A stretch of 64,000 nucleotides of DNA from Candidatus Micrarchaeota archaeon (lineage in GTDB: Archaea; Micrarchaeota; Micrarchaeia; Micrarchaeales; CABMGC01), in NCBI GenBank assembly GCA_027328425.1, contig DAHVUT010000017.1, positions 1,777 through 65,776 of the forward strand, written 5' to 3'. Shown piece after piece: positions 44,393 through 53,635 of this stretch (within the stretch, counting starts at the first letter, position 1; every line of letters starts with the position of its first letter). Position numbers and translations under genes: made by a program. Below the pieces are notes generated by a model. It was not told where the DNA came from. It made no database searches and saw only the letters and a list, made by a program, of their open reading frames with translations.

Positions 44393-45034
44393 CTACTTTG
44401 CCAAAAGCTTGTCTATCTCTTCCTTCCCATACTCCTTGAAGCCCTTCCTGGATATCACAGCGAGCCTCATCTCGCCACCCGTGGCGGAGCTGCGCTTCAT
44501 CGCTGCTGAGAGCGCCTTGACCGTGTGCTTCAGCCCCTCCTGCACGCTCATGCCAGGGGTATACACACTGTCCAAGTATCCGAGCGCAGACATCATGCCG
44601 CTGCCTATCGAAGTATACTTAGCTTGCTTGCTGGCGCTGCCTATAGGGTCTATATCATATAGTTCGGCGTCGCCCTTGTTGAGGCCGCCCACTATCAGGA
44701 ACGCGTACGCGAACTCGTTCGCGCTCTCGCGCATTATGAAGCCTAGAAGCGATGCGGCGGAAGTCGGCGACAGTGGCCTGCCCTCTGTCATCTTGTACAT
44801 CTCGTTCTGCACCTTGAGCAATTTCACCACATACTCGGCATATCCGGCCACGCCAGCTATCAGCACGCCCAGGTTGTCGTCTATCTTGTACAACTTTATG
44901 CTGGCATCGCTCTCTATGAAGTCTCCCATCGTGCTCCTGCTGTCTGCACCCAACACTATGCCATCGCTGCACACTATGCCTACGGTGGTCGTACCCTTTT
45001 TCAGTGTCTCTGACACCTCTTTCATATCGTACAT
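44393..45034 (-). CDS. psmB: Proteasome beta subunit
   Basis: Propeptide followed by the active-site TTTVGIVCSDGIVLGAD. Confidence 0.9.
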   Translation of the reverse strand: MYDMKEVSETLKKGTTTVGIVCSDGIVLGADSRSTMGDFIESDASIKLYKIDDNLGVLIAGVAGYAEYVVKLLKVQNEMYKMTEGRPLSPTSAASLLGFIMRESANEFAYAFLIVGGLNKGDAELYDIDPIGSASKQAKYTSIGSGMMSALGYLDSVYTPGMSVQEGLKHTVKALSAAMKRSSATGGEMRLAVISRKGFKEYGKEEIDKLLAK

Positions 45035-45094
45035 ATGTTCACCAATCCCTTCAATCCCTCTGACGAGTAAAGCAAAGAAAGAAAACAGAAGAAG

Positions 45095-45370
45095 TCAATC
45101 AACTATTAAGCTACCGTTACCTATAAAATACTTGCCTTTCTCGCTCATGACCTCGGCATAGGCGAACGTCCTATACACGTCGGTCACCTTGACCTTGTAC
45201 GCCTTGCCTATCCTCGTTTTCGCGTTCTTCACGAAGACAACCATGCCGTTCACGGTCCCGATACCCTCTCCTCGCATGTTCTTGGCCCTTATGTCTATGT
45301 CGTACATCTCGCCCTGCAACAATTCACCCACCATGCCTTCACCCACTTTACCCAGTGCACCCACCCTCAT
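45095..45370 (-). CDS. TRAM-domain protein
   Basis: GEGIGTVNGMVVFVKNAKTRIGKAYKVKVTDV. The start was trimmed from track 45550. Confidence 0.6.
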   Translation of the reverse strand: MRVGALGKVGEGMVGELLQGEMYDIDIRAKNMRGEGIGTVNGMVVFVKNAKTRIGKAYKVKVTDVYRTFAYAEVMSEKGKYFIGNGSLIVD

Positions 45371-45568
45371 CCTTAAAAGGTGCAATACCATTCTGTTGAA
45401 GAACAAATATAAGCGTTGTGTGCCGTTTCTTTGCCCTGCATACCACCAAGCCACCTGACACACCATGTAAAAACTCTTTACAAGGCAAGCACTGCGTTTA
45501 TGCTTTTCTGAAGCTGCACCGCGCGCGCATTCGCAGGCATTAATAAGCATTGAAGGAGCAGCAGCAAT

Positions 45569-47170
45569 ATGCAGCCTGAAAAGGAATCTCTGAGCAGCAG
45601 GAGCACTAGAACGTTCTCAACGCTCACCATAGGCAGGGTGCTGGCGCTGCTCATAGGTATCGCCAACGTAGTGGTGGTGGCGAGGCTGCTCGGCCCGCAG
45701 CTCTACGGAGTATTTACTGTGGCGTTCGCCTTCTTCGCGCTCATGACATCAGCATCGAACTTCGGCTTCGGCCAGTACCTGGTGAAGCACCTCTCGCAGG
45801 CCGAGGACAACGACGACGCGAAGGCGTTCTCCAAGGCACTAGGCTCGAGCTACTTCTCGGTGATTGTGATAGGCCTGCTGCTCACCCTCTTCGCGATGGG
45901 AATAAGCGGCCTTGTCCAGGGTTTCGAGAACGGCACGGGCGTTACGCTCCCGCTGCTGGTCACGGCCTCAGCCACAATATTCTTTTCGATGCTCTACGGC
46001 ACGTCTGACAGTGCGCTGATAGGCATAGGCAAGAACGCGGCGGCTATAGCACTGGAGAACATAAGGTACATTGTTGCCATAGCCGTATCGGTTGCACTCA
46101 TACTCATGGGCTACGGTGTGCTCGGCGCCATAGCAGGCGTTTTCGTAAGCTACGCCTTCTCCGCAGCGCTTGGCACGTATCTCGTATTTGCGCAGGCGCA
46201 GAGGCGCATGCACGTTGGAGCCCTGTGGCCTAGGCCGAAGGACCTGCGTGAGAGCCTAGGCTTCTCACTGCCCATAGCGGGCAACAACCTGCTTACAGGC
46301 AGCATGACGAGCATCGCCACCCTAGTGCTCGGCTTCTTCATCTCTGCGGATCTCCTGGGTAACTTCGGCGTGGCTACGAGAGCCAGAAATACGCTCGCCG
46401 TATTCTACACAACGGCCGCGTTCTCGATACTGCCTACGCTCAGCATAGCGGCAACAAGGAAGGCTGGCACTAAGGGCAGAAGCCTGGAGGAAGTGTACAA
46501 CAAGACCATGGAATATGCGATGCTCTCCGGCACTCCAATAATAGCATACATAGGCGTGTTCGCAGCGCCGCTTGTCTACCTGCTGCTCTCCACATCGTAT
46601 GCGTCCGCCCCGCTATATCTCAGCCTTGTCTCTCTCGGTACCATAGTGGGGCTCGTCGGAACGCTTGCCACCAGCATATTTGTGGCCACCAACAACACTT
46701 CAAAGCTGCTCTCGTATGCAGCGGCAGCCACAGCAATACAGCTTGCGGCTCTCGCTGCACTGATCCCGAGCTTCGGCGTGATCGGCGCGATAGTGGCCGT
46801 GTTCTTCATCGGCAGCCTGGCATACGACTACCTCTTCCTGAGGGGCGTGCGCGTGGCTCTGAAGATGCACACGCAGTACAGGCGCCTTGCAGTCGTGCTT
46901 CTCAGCAACGCGGCACTTGCGCTCGTCTTTGCGGCAGGCCTGCTGCTCCATAATTCGCTCGCCGAGCTCGTATATGGCGTAGTTGCATTGGCGCTCGCAT
47001 ACCCTGTGTTCCTAGTGGCGTTCGGGATCATAGGAAGGGAAGAGATAACGATGCTGGGCGACGCTTCGGGGCACATGCCTGCAATGAAGAGACTGGCAAA
47101 GCCCGCGCTTGCTTACTTCTCCTTCCTTGACCGCAGCATGCATCACGCAAGCCGAACGATTCAAGTATAG
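45569..47170 (+). CDS. MOP/Wzx-type oligosaccharide flippase
   Basis: About 14 TM, polysaccharide-biosynthesis-protein-like N-terminus (VVVARLLGPQLYGVF). Confidence 0.7.
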   Translation: MQPEKESLSSRSTRTFSTLTIGRVLALLIGIANVVVVARLLGPQLYGVFTVAFAFFALMTSASNFGFGQYLVKHLSQAEDNDDAKAFSKALGSSYFSVIVIGLLLTLFAMGISGLVQGFENGTGVTLPLLVTASATIFFSMLYGTSDSALIGIGKNAAAIALENIRYIVAIAVSVALILMGYGVLGAIAGVFVSYAFSAALGTYLVFAQAQRRMHVGALWPRPKDLRESLGFSLPIAGNNLLTGSMTSIATLVLGFFISADLLGNFGVATRARNTLAVFYTTAAFSILPTLSIAATRKAGTKGRSLEEVYNKTMEYAMLSGTPIIAYIGVFAAPLVYLLLSTSYASAPLYLSLVSLGTIVGLVGTLATSIFVATNNTSKLLSYAAAATAIQLAALAALIPSFGVIGAIVAVFFIGSLAYDYLFLRGVRVALKMHTQYRRLAVVLLSNAALALVFAAGLLLHNSLAELVYGVVALALAYPVFLVAFGIIGREEITMLGDASGHMPAMKRLAKPALAYFSFLDRSMHHASRTIQV

Positions 47171-49401
47171 AACGTCATGTTCATCACTCCGATGCCACTG
47201 TAGGGGTTGCTGCTGTTGGCGGCAGACACGAACACCACCTGGTTTATGCCTGCATACATGGGGAAGCTGAGCGTGTAGGCGGAAAGCGTCGTATTGAGCT
47301 GCAGGGACGTGTACTGCTGGCCGTTCAAGTACACATATGCGCTCTTCTTGCCATTCGGAGATTCTGCGAGCATGGTGAGCTTTACCGATTGGTTCTTCGG
47401 AGAGTAAACGTCCACGTACGTCTGGCCCTGTCCGAACCAAGTGTCCTGGAAGGTGGCATTGCAACTCGATGCCGATGTGCAGAAGGTCCAGCCTGGCTCC
47501 CAGATGCTTATGGGGTAGAACGCGTGCGGATCTCCTATCAGCACGGGAGTGTAAGCTGCAATCGACGTGCCTGCGCTCGAGAGCGCGTTCGCTGTGGAGA
47601 AGACAAGCGTTGTGTTGTCTATATAGGCTGGGTTGCCGAAGAGGCTCGCAAGGTAGCTCGCCAGCTGCTCCAGTTCGGTGAGGTTGTAGGCCTGCCTGTC
47701 TACAGAAACGAATTGCGTGCCATAGAGGCGCAGCAGCAGCTTCGTCACGTTGCTGTAGTTCTCAACTATCGGCGAACCGTACATTAGCCCGGCTCCGTTT
47801 TGCAAGTAATAAGCCGAAGCGGCGAGCGGTATTATCTCGTCGGAGACGTTCTGGCTCACGTTCGGCCTTGCCGCGTAGCCGCCCAGTATGGGCTTGCCCA
47901 GTGCAGTCTGGTAGTACATGTTGAGCCCCGGGAACATTTGCGGCACCCTGCTCGTGTAGTTGGCCAACGCCGGAAGCACGAGAGTGGTGAAGTTCGAAGT
48001 GTAATTGCCCAACTGATAGTAGGCGATAGGTATTGTGGTGCTTGCGACGAGCTGCTGCGCCGCGGAGCCTGACAGCGGGGTGCCGTTGTATTCGACGAGT
48101 ATGAGGAACGACACTGCTATGATGAAGAGCATCCGCTTGCGTTGCGTGCCCAGCAGCGGGTGCCTCTCAATGCTTTTGATGCCAAGTGCGGCCAGGATTG
48201 CAAGGCCTATGGTCGCAAAGAAGAAGAAGCGGTCGGGTTCCCTGATTATGTTGAATATAGGGATATAACTGTACAGCAGATATGGCAGCGGAAGGTTGCT
48301 CACGGTTCCGTACACCTGGAGCATCGGGCCCAGAGCCATTACCCCGCCTATGAAAGCCACAATCGACCATATCAGGCCATGATGCATGCCCTCTTCGCTC
48401 CTGTGCTTCCACACGTAAACCAGTCCAAGCAACGCAAGCATGAGCACCGTGTAGCCTATGTATGCGACACGCTCGGTTATGTCGGGCGCATATATCACAT
48501 AGTAGCTGCTCGAAATGCCTGAGAATATGCCGTTGTAGTAGCCGGGCAGGAAGAACGACGCCAGATCCACGCTCCACACTTCGTTGTACAACACGCTGGA
48601 CTGCCTCAGTGTGGTGCTTACCGCCTGCGGGAAGTAGGGAAGCAGCGACAGTATGAATGGCGCCGAGAGCAGCAGGACCAGCACCGCCATCTCGCCGAGC
48701 ATAAGGAACGACTTCCAGCTGAGCACGGTGCGCCTGTCCCTGCTTATCGCGTACAGAACGAGTACGACTATGGCGAAGAACAGCGTGAGTATGCCCTGCT
48801 CTACATCGCCAAAGAAAGTCAGGAGCACGAACGACACGGCTGCGCCGAAGACGTAGACCTGCTTCTTTCTGTCCAAAGCAAGCAGGAGCAGGAGCATGAA
48901 CAAAGGTATGAACTCTACCATCGCCCAGTTGAGGTGTCCGTAGGCCTGCGTTATGTGCATCGGGCTGAACGCGAACACGAGTCCTGCAACGAAGGCTGCA
49001 TACTTGTTCTTCACTATGTAATCGGCCAGCATGAACATGAAGAGCCCTGAGAGTATGAAAGCAAGGAAGAAGAGCGTGTTGAAGGCCATGGCCCTGTTGA
49101 TCAGCTGCAGCGGCCACGAAAGTATGCCGGCAAGCGGCATGATTGACTGGCCTGCGAGCGCGGCGCCGACAGGGAAAATGATGCCGCTGTAGAAGTAAGG
49201 CGACGTGTGCGATACGAAGAGCGAGTACGGAACGTGCCACAGGTATGCGAGTGCCTGGTATGTGTCGCTCGAATTTGTGAACACGACGTTGCTTCCGAAG
49301 GCAACGGGCCAGAACAGGACAAGCGAGACGAACAGGTAGGCTATGAAAGCCAGGGCTAGCGGGTTGTGCAGCAGGTCGGCCAGCCGCTTCTCCATTTGCA
49401 T
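47161..49401 (-). CDS. Large polytopic membrane protein with a C-terminal extracytoplasmic domain (GT-C-like glycosyltransferase candidate)
   Basis: About 13 TM followed by ~300 aa of soluble region with many N-x-S/T sites. No WWDYG motif was seen, so it is not a canonical AglB. Confidence 0.5.
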   Translation of the reverse strand: MQMEKRLADLLHNPLALAFIAYLFVSLVLFWPVAFGSNVVFTNSSDTYQALAYLWHVPYSLFVSHTSPYFYSGIIFPVGAALAGQSIMPLAGILSWPLQLINRAMAFNTLFFLAFILSGLFMFMLADYIVKNKYAAFVAGLVFAFSPMHITQAYGHLNWAMVEFIPLFMLLLLLALDRKKQVYVFGAAVSFVLLTFFGDVEQGILTLFFAIVVLVLYAISRDRRTVLSWKSFLMLGEMAVLVLLLSAPFILSLLPYFPQAVSTTLRQSSVLYNEVWSVDLASFFLPGYYNGIFSGISSSYYVIYAPDITERVAYIGYTVLMLALLGLVYVWKHRSEEGMHHGLIWSIVAFIGGVMALGPMLQVYGTVSNLPLPYLLYSYIPIFNIIREPDRFFFFATIGLAILAALGIKSIERHPLLGTQRKRMLFIIAVSFLILVEYNGTPLSGSAAQQLVASTTIPIAYYQLGNYTSNFTTLVLPALANYTSRVPQMFPGLNMYYQTALGKPILGGYAARPNVSQNVSDEIIPLAASAYYLQNGAGLMYGSPIVENYSNVTKLLLRLYGTQFVSVDRQAYNLTELEQLASYLASLFGNPAYIDNTTLVFSTANALSSAGTSIAAYTPVLIGDPHAFYPISIWEPGWTFCTSASSCNATFQDTWFGQGQTYVDVYSPKNQSVKLTMLAESPNGKKSAYVYLNGQQYTSLQLNTTLSAYTLSFPMYAGINQVVFVSAANSSNPYSGIGVMNMTFYT

Positions 49402-49486
49402 GCAGCACTTAATGTGTTAATTAATATAAAGCAAGCATACCTTTCGTATCTGCCCTGTTTGTGCAGGTGCATCGCGGGGCGTCAGG

Positions 49487-50200
49487 ATGGGCAACAATGA
49501 TTACTCACACTTCACGATAGTGATACCAACGCTAGATGAAAAAGGCACTATCGGAGCGTTGGTAAGGCGCATAGAAGCAGAATATGCGGGAGCACGCGTA
49601 ATAGTGGTGGACGATGGCTCTGGCGACGGCACGAAGGAAGCGGTGGAGGCGCTAGCGAAACGGTACAGGAACGTAATGCTTATAGACAGGCACGGGGAAG
49701 GCAGGCCGCGTGGACTCACGGCCAGCGTGGTGGAGGGTATAGAGAAGTGCAGCACGAAGTACTTCGTGGTGATGGACGCTGACATGCAGCATCCTCTGGA
49801 GAAGGTGCGACGGCTCGCTGACATGCTGGAGAAGGGCTACGACGCTGCTGTTGCGGAGCGCGAGAGCGTGACCGGCTGGGCGCTGTACAGGAAGATAATA
49901 TCCAAGGCGCTGATTCTGATAGGGCAGCTTGTTCTGAACGCAAGGGGCAAGGAAGCATGCGGCGACATATTCTCGGGCTTCTTCGGCATGAGAAGGAGCC
50001 TGTTCATGCGCGTGCACAGAGACAACAGGCAGAGGTTCGTGGGCGAGGGCTATAAGGTGCTCTTCGACTTCCTGAAATGCGTCGACAAAGGCACACTCAG
50101 GATAGGCGAGGTGCCTTACGTGTTCCGGGTCAGGGAATCAGGAAGGTCCAAGGCAGGCTACAGGCAGGGAATCGCATTGCTGAAGTCGTTCGTGAGCTGA
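49487..50200 (+). CDS. GT2 glycosyltransferase (dolichyl-phosphate sugar synthase-like)
   Basis: VIPTLDE, VVDDGSGDGT and MDADMQHP motifs. Confidence 0.8.
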   Translation: MGNNDYSHFTIVIPTLDEKGTIGALVRRIEAEYAGARVIVVDDGSGDGTKEAVEALAKRYRNVMLIDRHGEGRPRGLTASVVEGIEKCSTKYFVVMDADMQHPLEKVRRLADMLEKGYDAAVAERESVTGWALYRKIISKALILIGQLVLNARGKEACGDIFSGFFGMRRSLFMRVHRDNRQRFVGEGYKVLFDFLKCVDKGTLRIGEVPYVFRVRESGRSKAGYRQGIALLKSFVS

Positions 50201-50211
50201 CTGCGCCCTGA

Positions 50212-52203
50212 TCACAGCAGCGCATAGGCAACGAAGACAGGCGCAAGCAGGATCGATATCGTGCTTATCACCTTTATCATCGAATTCAGCGCCGGGCCCG
50301 CTGTGTCCTTGAGTGGGTCGCCAACGGTGTCCCCAACTACTGCCGCCTTATGCGCTTCGCTTCCCTTGCCACCGAACTTGCCCGTCTCGATGTACTTCTT
50401 TGCGTTGTCCATAGCTGCTCCGCTGTTGGCCATGAACAGAGCCATCATGAAGCTCGTTGGTATCATGCCCACTATCAGGCCGCCGAGTGCAGCCTTGCCA
50501 AGCACCAGGCCCACGATTACAGGAGTGATTATGGCTACAAGCTCCGGGACCACGAGCGACTTGAGCGCATTGACCGTTGCTATGTCCACGGCCTTCGCGT
50601 AATCAGGCTTGGCTTTGCCCTGGAGCAGGCCCTTGATCGTTCTGACCTGCCGCCTGACCTCTTCTACCATGAGGTTCGCCGTGTGCCCCACCGCCTCCAT
50701 GAGGAACGATGAGAACACGAACGGGAGCATGGCCCCGAGGAATATGCCTATCGTCACTATAGGGTTGAGCGCATCTATCGTGGTGAGGCCCACTGCCTGC
50801 GCGAATGCGACGAAGAGCGCAGTAGCCGAAAGCGCTGCGCCGCCTATGGCGAAGCCTTTCGTCGTAGCTTTGGTTGTGTTGCCGACCGCGTCGAGCTCAT
50901 CAGTCACACGCCTGATTCTATGCTGCAATCCGGCCATCTCTGCTATCCCACCCGCGTTGTCCGTTATTGGCCCGAACGAGTCGATGGTCAATATCGTAGC
51001 GGTGAGCGAGAGCATGCCTACTGCGGCTATGCCTATACCGTATACTCCAGCAGCATAGTAGCTGATGAATATTGCAGCCACTATAAATACAGCAGGGAAG
51101 AAAGTAGTCCTAAGGCCTATGGACAGGCCCATTATCACGTCCGTGCCCGCGCCTCCCTTTGCGGCCTCCGCAACTTTCACCACCTGCCTCCTTCCGCTTC
51201 CCGTGTAGTAATCCGTTATGGCGAATAGCAGTATTGCGAGCACCAGGCCGGAGAGTACGGCCGTGAAGTAGCTCATCGATGCTCCTGTAAAGTAAGTGAC
51301 CGCAAAATCTATTATCGCTGAGAAGACGACAGCAGCGCCTATGCCCTTGTAGAGCGTGAGCGTAGGCGTCCTGCTCTTCATCTTTAGGAATATCATGCTA
51401 ATCAGGCTGCCGACGACGCCTGCTGATGCTATGTACAACGGGTAGGCCAGGTTGAGCACCGCGCTCGACACGCCTATCGCTATGAGCAACGCAGCCACGA
51501 GCGTCACAGCATAGCTCTCGTAAACGTCTGCCGCCATTCCTGCGCAGTCTCCCACGTTGTCGCCAACGTTATCGGCTATCACCGCCGCATTCCTTGGGTC
51601 GTCCTCCGGCAGATTGAGTTCTGTCTTGCCCACCAGGTCTGCGCCCACGTCAGCCGACTTCGTATATATGCCGCCACCCACACGGGCGAAGAGCGAGACC
51701 AGCGAAGCCCCAAAGCCGTAGCCTATCAGTATCGCCACGCTGCTTACCGTGAGATAGCCGAGCAGCAGGCTTATGCCTATCAGGCCGAAACCTATGGCAG
51801 CGAAGCCAGTTACGGAGCCCCCAAGTATTGCAGTGTAGAAAGCATTGTGCATTCCTTTCTCGGCCGCCTTGGCTGTTCTTGTGTTGGCGCGCACCGCCAC
51901 GTTCATGCCAAGGTATGCAGTAGCATAAGCTGTTATGGAGCCTGTGAGGAAAGCTATTACGTACTGCCAGCCGTCCTTCAGCAGGAAGAACAGGGCGACT
52001 GATATCGCCACTATGAACACGCCTATTGTTATGCCCTGCCTGTTCAGGTATGCGCTCGAACCCGCCTTTATCGCGTCCGTTATCTCCTGCATCTTCCTGT
52101 TTCCAGGATCCTTCCTCAGTGTCACCGCTGCAGCTATCAGCGAGAACGCCAGGGCTATCACTCCGAAAGCCAAACTATAGTCGTAGAATGCCAAAAACAG
52201 CAC
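50212..52203 (-). CDS. hppA: Membrane H+/Na+-translocating pyrophosphatase
   Basis: GGIYTKSADVGADLVGK and DNVGDNVGDCAGMAADVYESY motifs. Confidence 0.9.
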   Translation of the reverse strand: MLFLAFYDYSLAFGVIALAFSLIAAAVTLRKDPGNRKMQEITDAIKAGSSAYLNRQGITIGVFIVAISVALFFLLKDGWQYVIAFLTGSITAYATAYLGMNVAVRANTRTAKAAEKGMHNAFYTAILGGSVTGFAAIGFGLIGISLLLGYLTVSSVAILIGYGFGASLVSLFARVGGGIYTKSADVGADLVGKTELNLPEDDPRNAAVIADNVGDNVGDCAGMAADVYESYAVTLVAALLIAIGVSSAVLNLAYPLYIASAGVVGSLISMIFLKMKSRTPTLTLYKGIGAAVVFSAIIDFAVTYFTGASMSYFTAVLSGLVLAILLFAITDYYTGSGRRQVVKVAEAAKGGAGTDVIMGLSIGLRTTFFPAVFIVAAIFISYYAAGVYGIGIAAVGMLSLTATILTIDSFGPITDNAGGIAEMAGLQHRIRRVTDELDAVGNTTKATTKGFAIGGAALSATALFVAFAQAVGLTTIDALNPIVTIGIFLGAMLPFVFSSFLMEAVGHTANLMVEEVRRQVRTIKGLLQGKAKPDYAKAVDIATVNALKSLVVPELVAIITPVIVGLVLGKAALGGLIVGMIPTSFMMALFMANSGAAMDNAKKYIETGKFGGKGSEAHKAAVVGDTVGDPLKDTAGPALNSMIKVISTISILLAPVFVAYALL

Positions 52204-52516
52204 CTTGCAAGCTATCCGAAAACAAAGTATTTAACTCTTCGGAGTGGGAAAACCCACACCATTTATGGGCGGGATGAGAGTGAGGGGCAAAAAGGCAGAT
52301 GAATACAGCATCACATAACGACGACAAAAAGGGGATAGATATTAATTTTGATAGGAACATCAACCGCATACACGTAGGCAGAGTGGAAGAAGGCCGCAAA
52401 ACTAACCACCTGCATAAATAAAGCTGAATCGGATGCAGTGCGGGGGCGGAATAGGGAGGGGCACTCCCGAATTCAGGCCTGTCGAGAGCCCGTCGGGCGT
52501 TTCTTTGAAGCAGAAA

Positions 52517-52546
52517 GCCCACACCCTTTAGGGGTGGGAGCATGCC
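52517..52546 (-). repeat. GC-rich hairpin motif (catgctcccacccCTAAAgggtgtgggc in sense) with related copies at 62078-62110 (+), 52253-52273 (-) and weakly at 62270-62290 (+)
   Basis: About 26 of 33 nt are shared between 52546-52514 (rc) and 62078-62110. Each copy begins 7-11 nt after an upstream stop codon. The stem is CCCAC(C)CC/GGG(T)GTGGG with a TAAA loop. Confidence 0.55.
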
Positions 52547-52552
52547 ACACAG

Positions 52553-53395
52553 CTACCCTATCTCGAAGCCACCGGGTGGCAGGTGCTGCATTATATAGTC
52601 CACGTCACTGTAGCCCAGTCTCTTGGCTATCTGCTTGGCTGCATCGGACTTCTTCATCTTCCCGGGGAGCAGCCTTAGTCCCTTTGCCTTGCTCGACGCA
52701 ATATATGTGGTAAACGGCATTATGGCGAGCCCGGTTACGTCGACGTGCACCTCCAGCGGGGAGAGCGATATGTAAGCGTACTGCGATGCAAGCTGATTCT
52801 GCAAGTTCACGATGCCCTCCTCCATCACTGCCGCCAGTTCCAACTTGACGCTTTTGTGCCACTCCCTCTCACCTGAAATCAGGAAGCTGCCTGTCGCAAG
52901 ATAGCCCTTGCCCCCTGACTTCGAGACCTGATCGTGCTTTGCGGCGAAAACGTCCACGCTGGACTGGCCCGTCTCCCACGCCTTGGAGAAGCAGGCCGCG
53001 AACTGTGCTGCCTCGTCCCGTGACTGCTGCGGAGAGCCCTCGCCCTTCTTGAGTATCACCACTGACGCGCCAAAGATGCTGGCATGCAAGAAGAGATCTC
53101 CGGGCTGGAAGTATTTTGCCACCACCTCTTCGTTCTGCTGTGCGCTCCTGCCGCCTATGGCCAGCAGTCCGGTGCTGGTAAAGAACCAGTAGAACTTCTC
53201 GTACCACTCCCTGTCCTGCTTCCTCTTCACTTCCCTGCGCACGACACTCTCCTTCTCCAGGCCGGCGAGCTGCTCCTCGAGCCGCCTTGCCGCCTGCTCC
53301 GCGCCCTCACGCTTCCGCTCTGCGCCCTTCGCTCTTTCAAAATAAGCATCCGCATTCTGCTGGGCAGACTTGGTGTAATTCAGCTCGACGTCCAT
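52553..53395 (-). CDS. NFACT-R (DUF814) domain protein, RqcH/Rqc2-related, lacking the NFACT-N half
   Basis: WYEKFYWFFTSTGLLAIGGRSAQQNEEVVAKYFQPGDLFLHASIFGASVVILK. Confidence 0.7.
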   Translation of the reverse strand: MDVELNYTKSAQQNADAYFERAKGAERKREGAEQAARRLEEQLAGLEKESVVRREVKRKQDREWYEKFYWFFTSTGLLAIGGRSAQQNEEVVAKYFQPGDLFLHASIFGASVVILKKGEGSPQQSRDEAAQFAACFSKAWETGQSSVDVFAAKHDQVSKSGGKGYLATGSFLISGEREWHKSVKLELAAVMEEGIVNLQNQLASQYAYISLSPLEVHVDVTGLAIMPFTTYIASSKAKGLRLLPGKMKKSDAAKQIAKRLGYSDVDYIMQHLPPGGFEIG

Positions 53396-53407
53396 GGGTC
53401 GCGCCCG

Positions 53408-53596
53408 CTAGAGGTTTATTGCGGCCTCCACTACCAAGTATATTATGTAGCCCACTACGCCCAGCGCTATGGTGCCGAGCAGCACTATCTTCAGCGTGCG
53501 CTTAAACTCGTTCATGCCCGGCTTGTAGCTTATACTCAGTATTCTGCCCGCGTCGTCCCAGAACTGCCTTATCTTGGGCAGCGGATTAAGGTTCAT
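53408..53596 (-). CDS. secE: Protein translocase subunit SecE/Sec61-gamma
   Basis: About 62 aa with a C-terminal TM (IVLLGTIALGVVGYIIYLVV), in the position downstream of ftsZ that is conserved in archaea. Confidence 0.65.
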   Translation of the reverse strand: MNLNPLPKIRQFWDDAGRILSISYKPGMNEFKRTLKIVLLGTIALGVVGYIIYLVVEAAINL

Positions 53597-53635
53597 GCAT
53601 AGCATACGCTGCGCAATTTATAAAACAAGATGCGG

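Noticed and set aside
52175-52543. 122-aa minus-strand ORF in the hppA upstream intergenic region, and the 76-aa ORF 62095-62325
   Set aside because: Composition is poor. Similarity between the two regions is at the nucleotide level, and the frames diverge after about 20 codons, so these are probably not coding.
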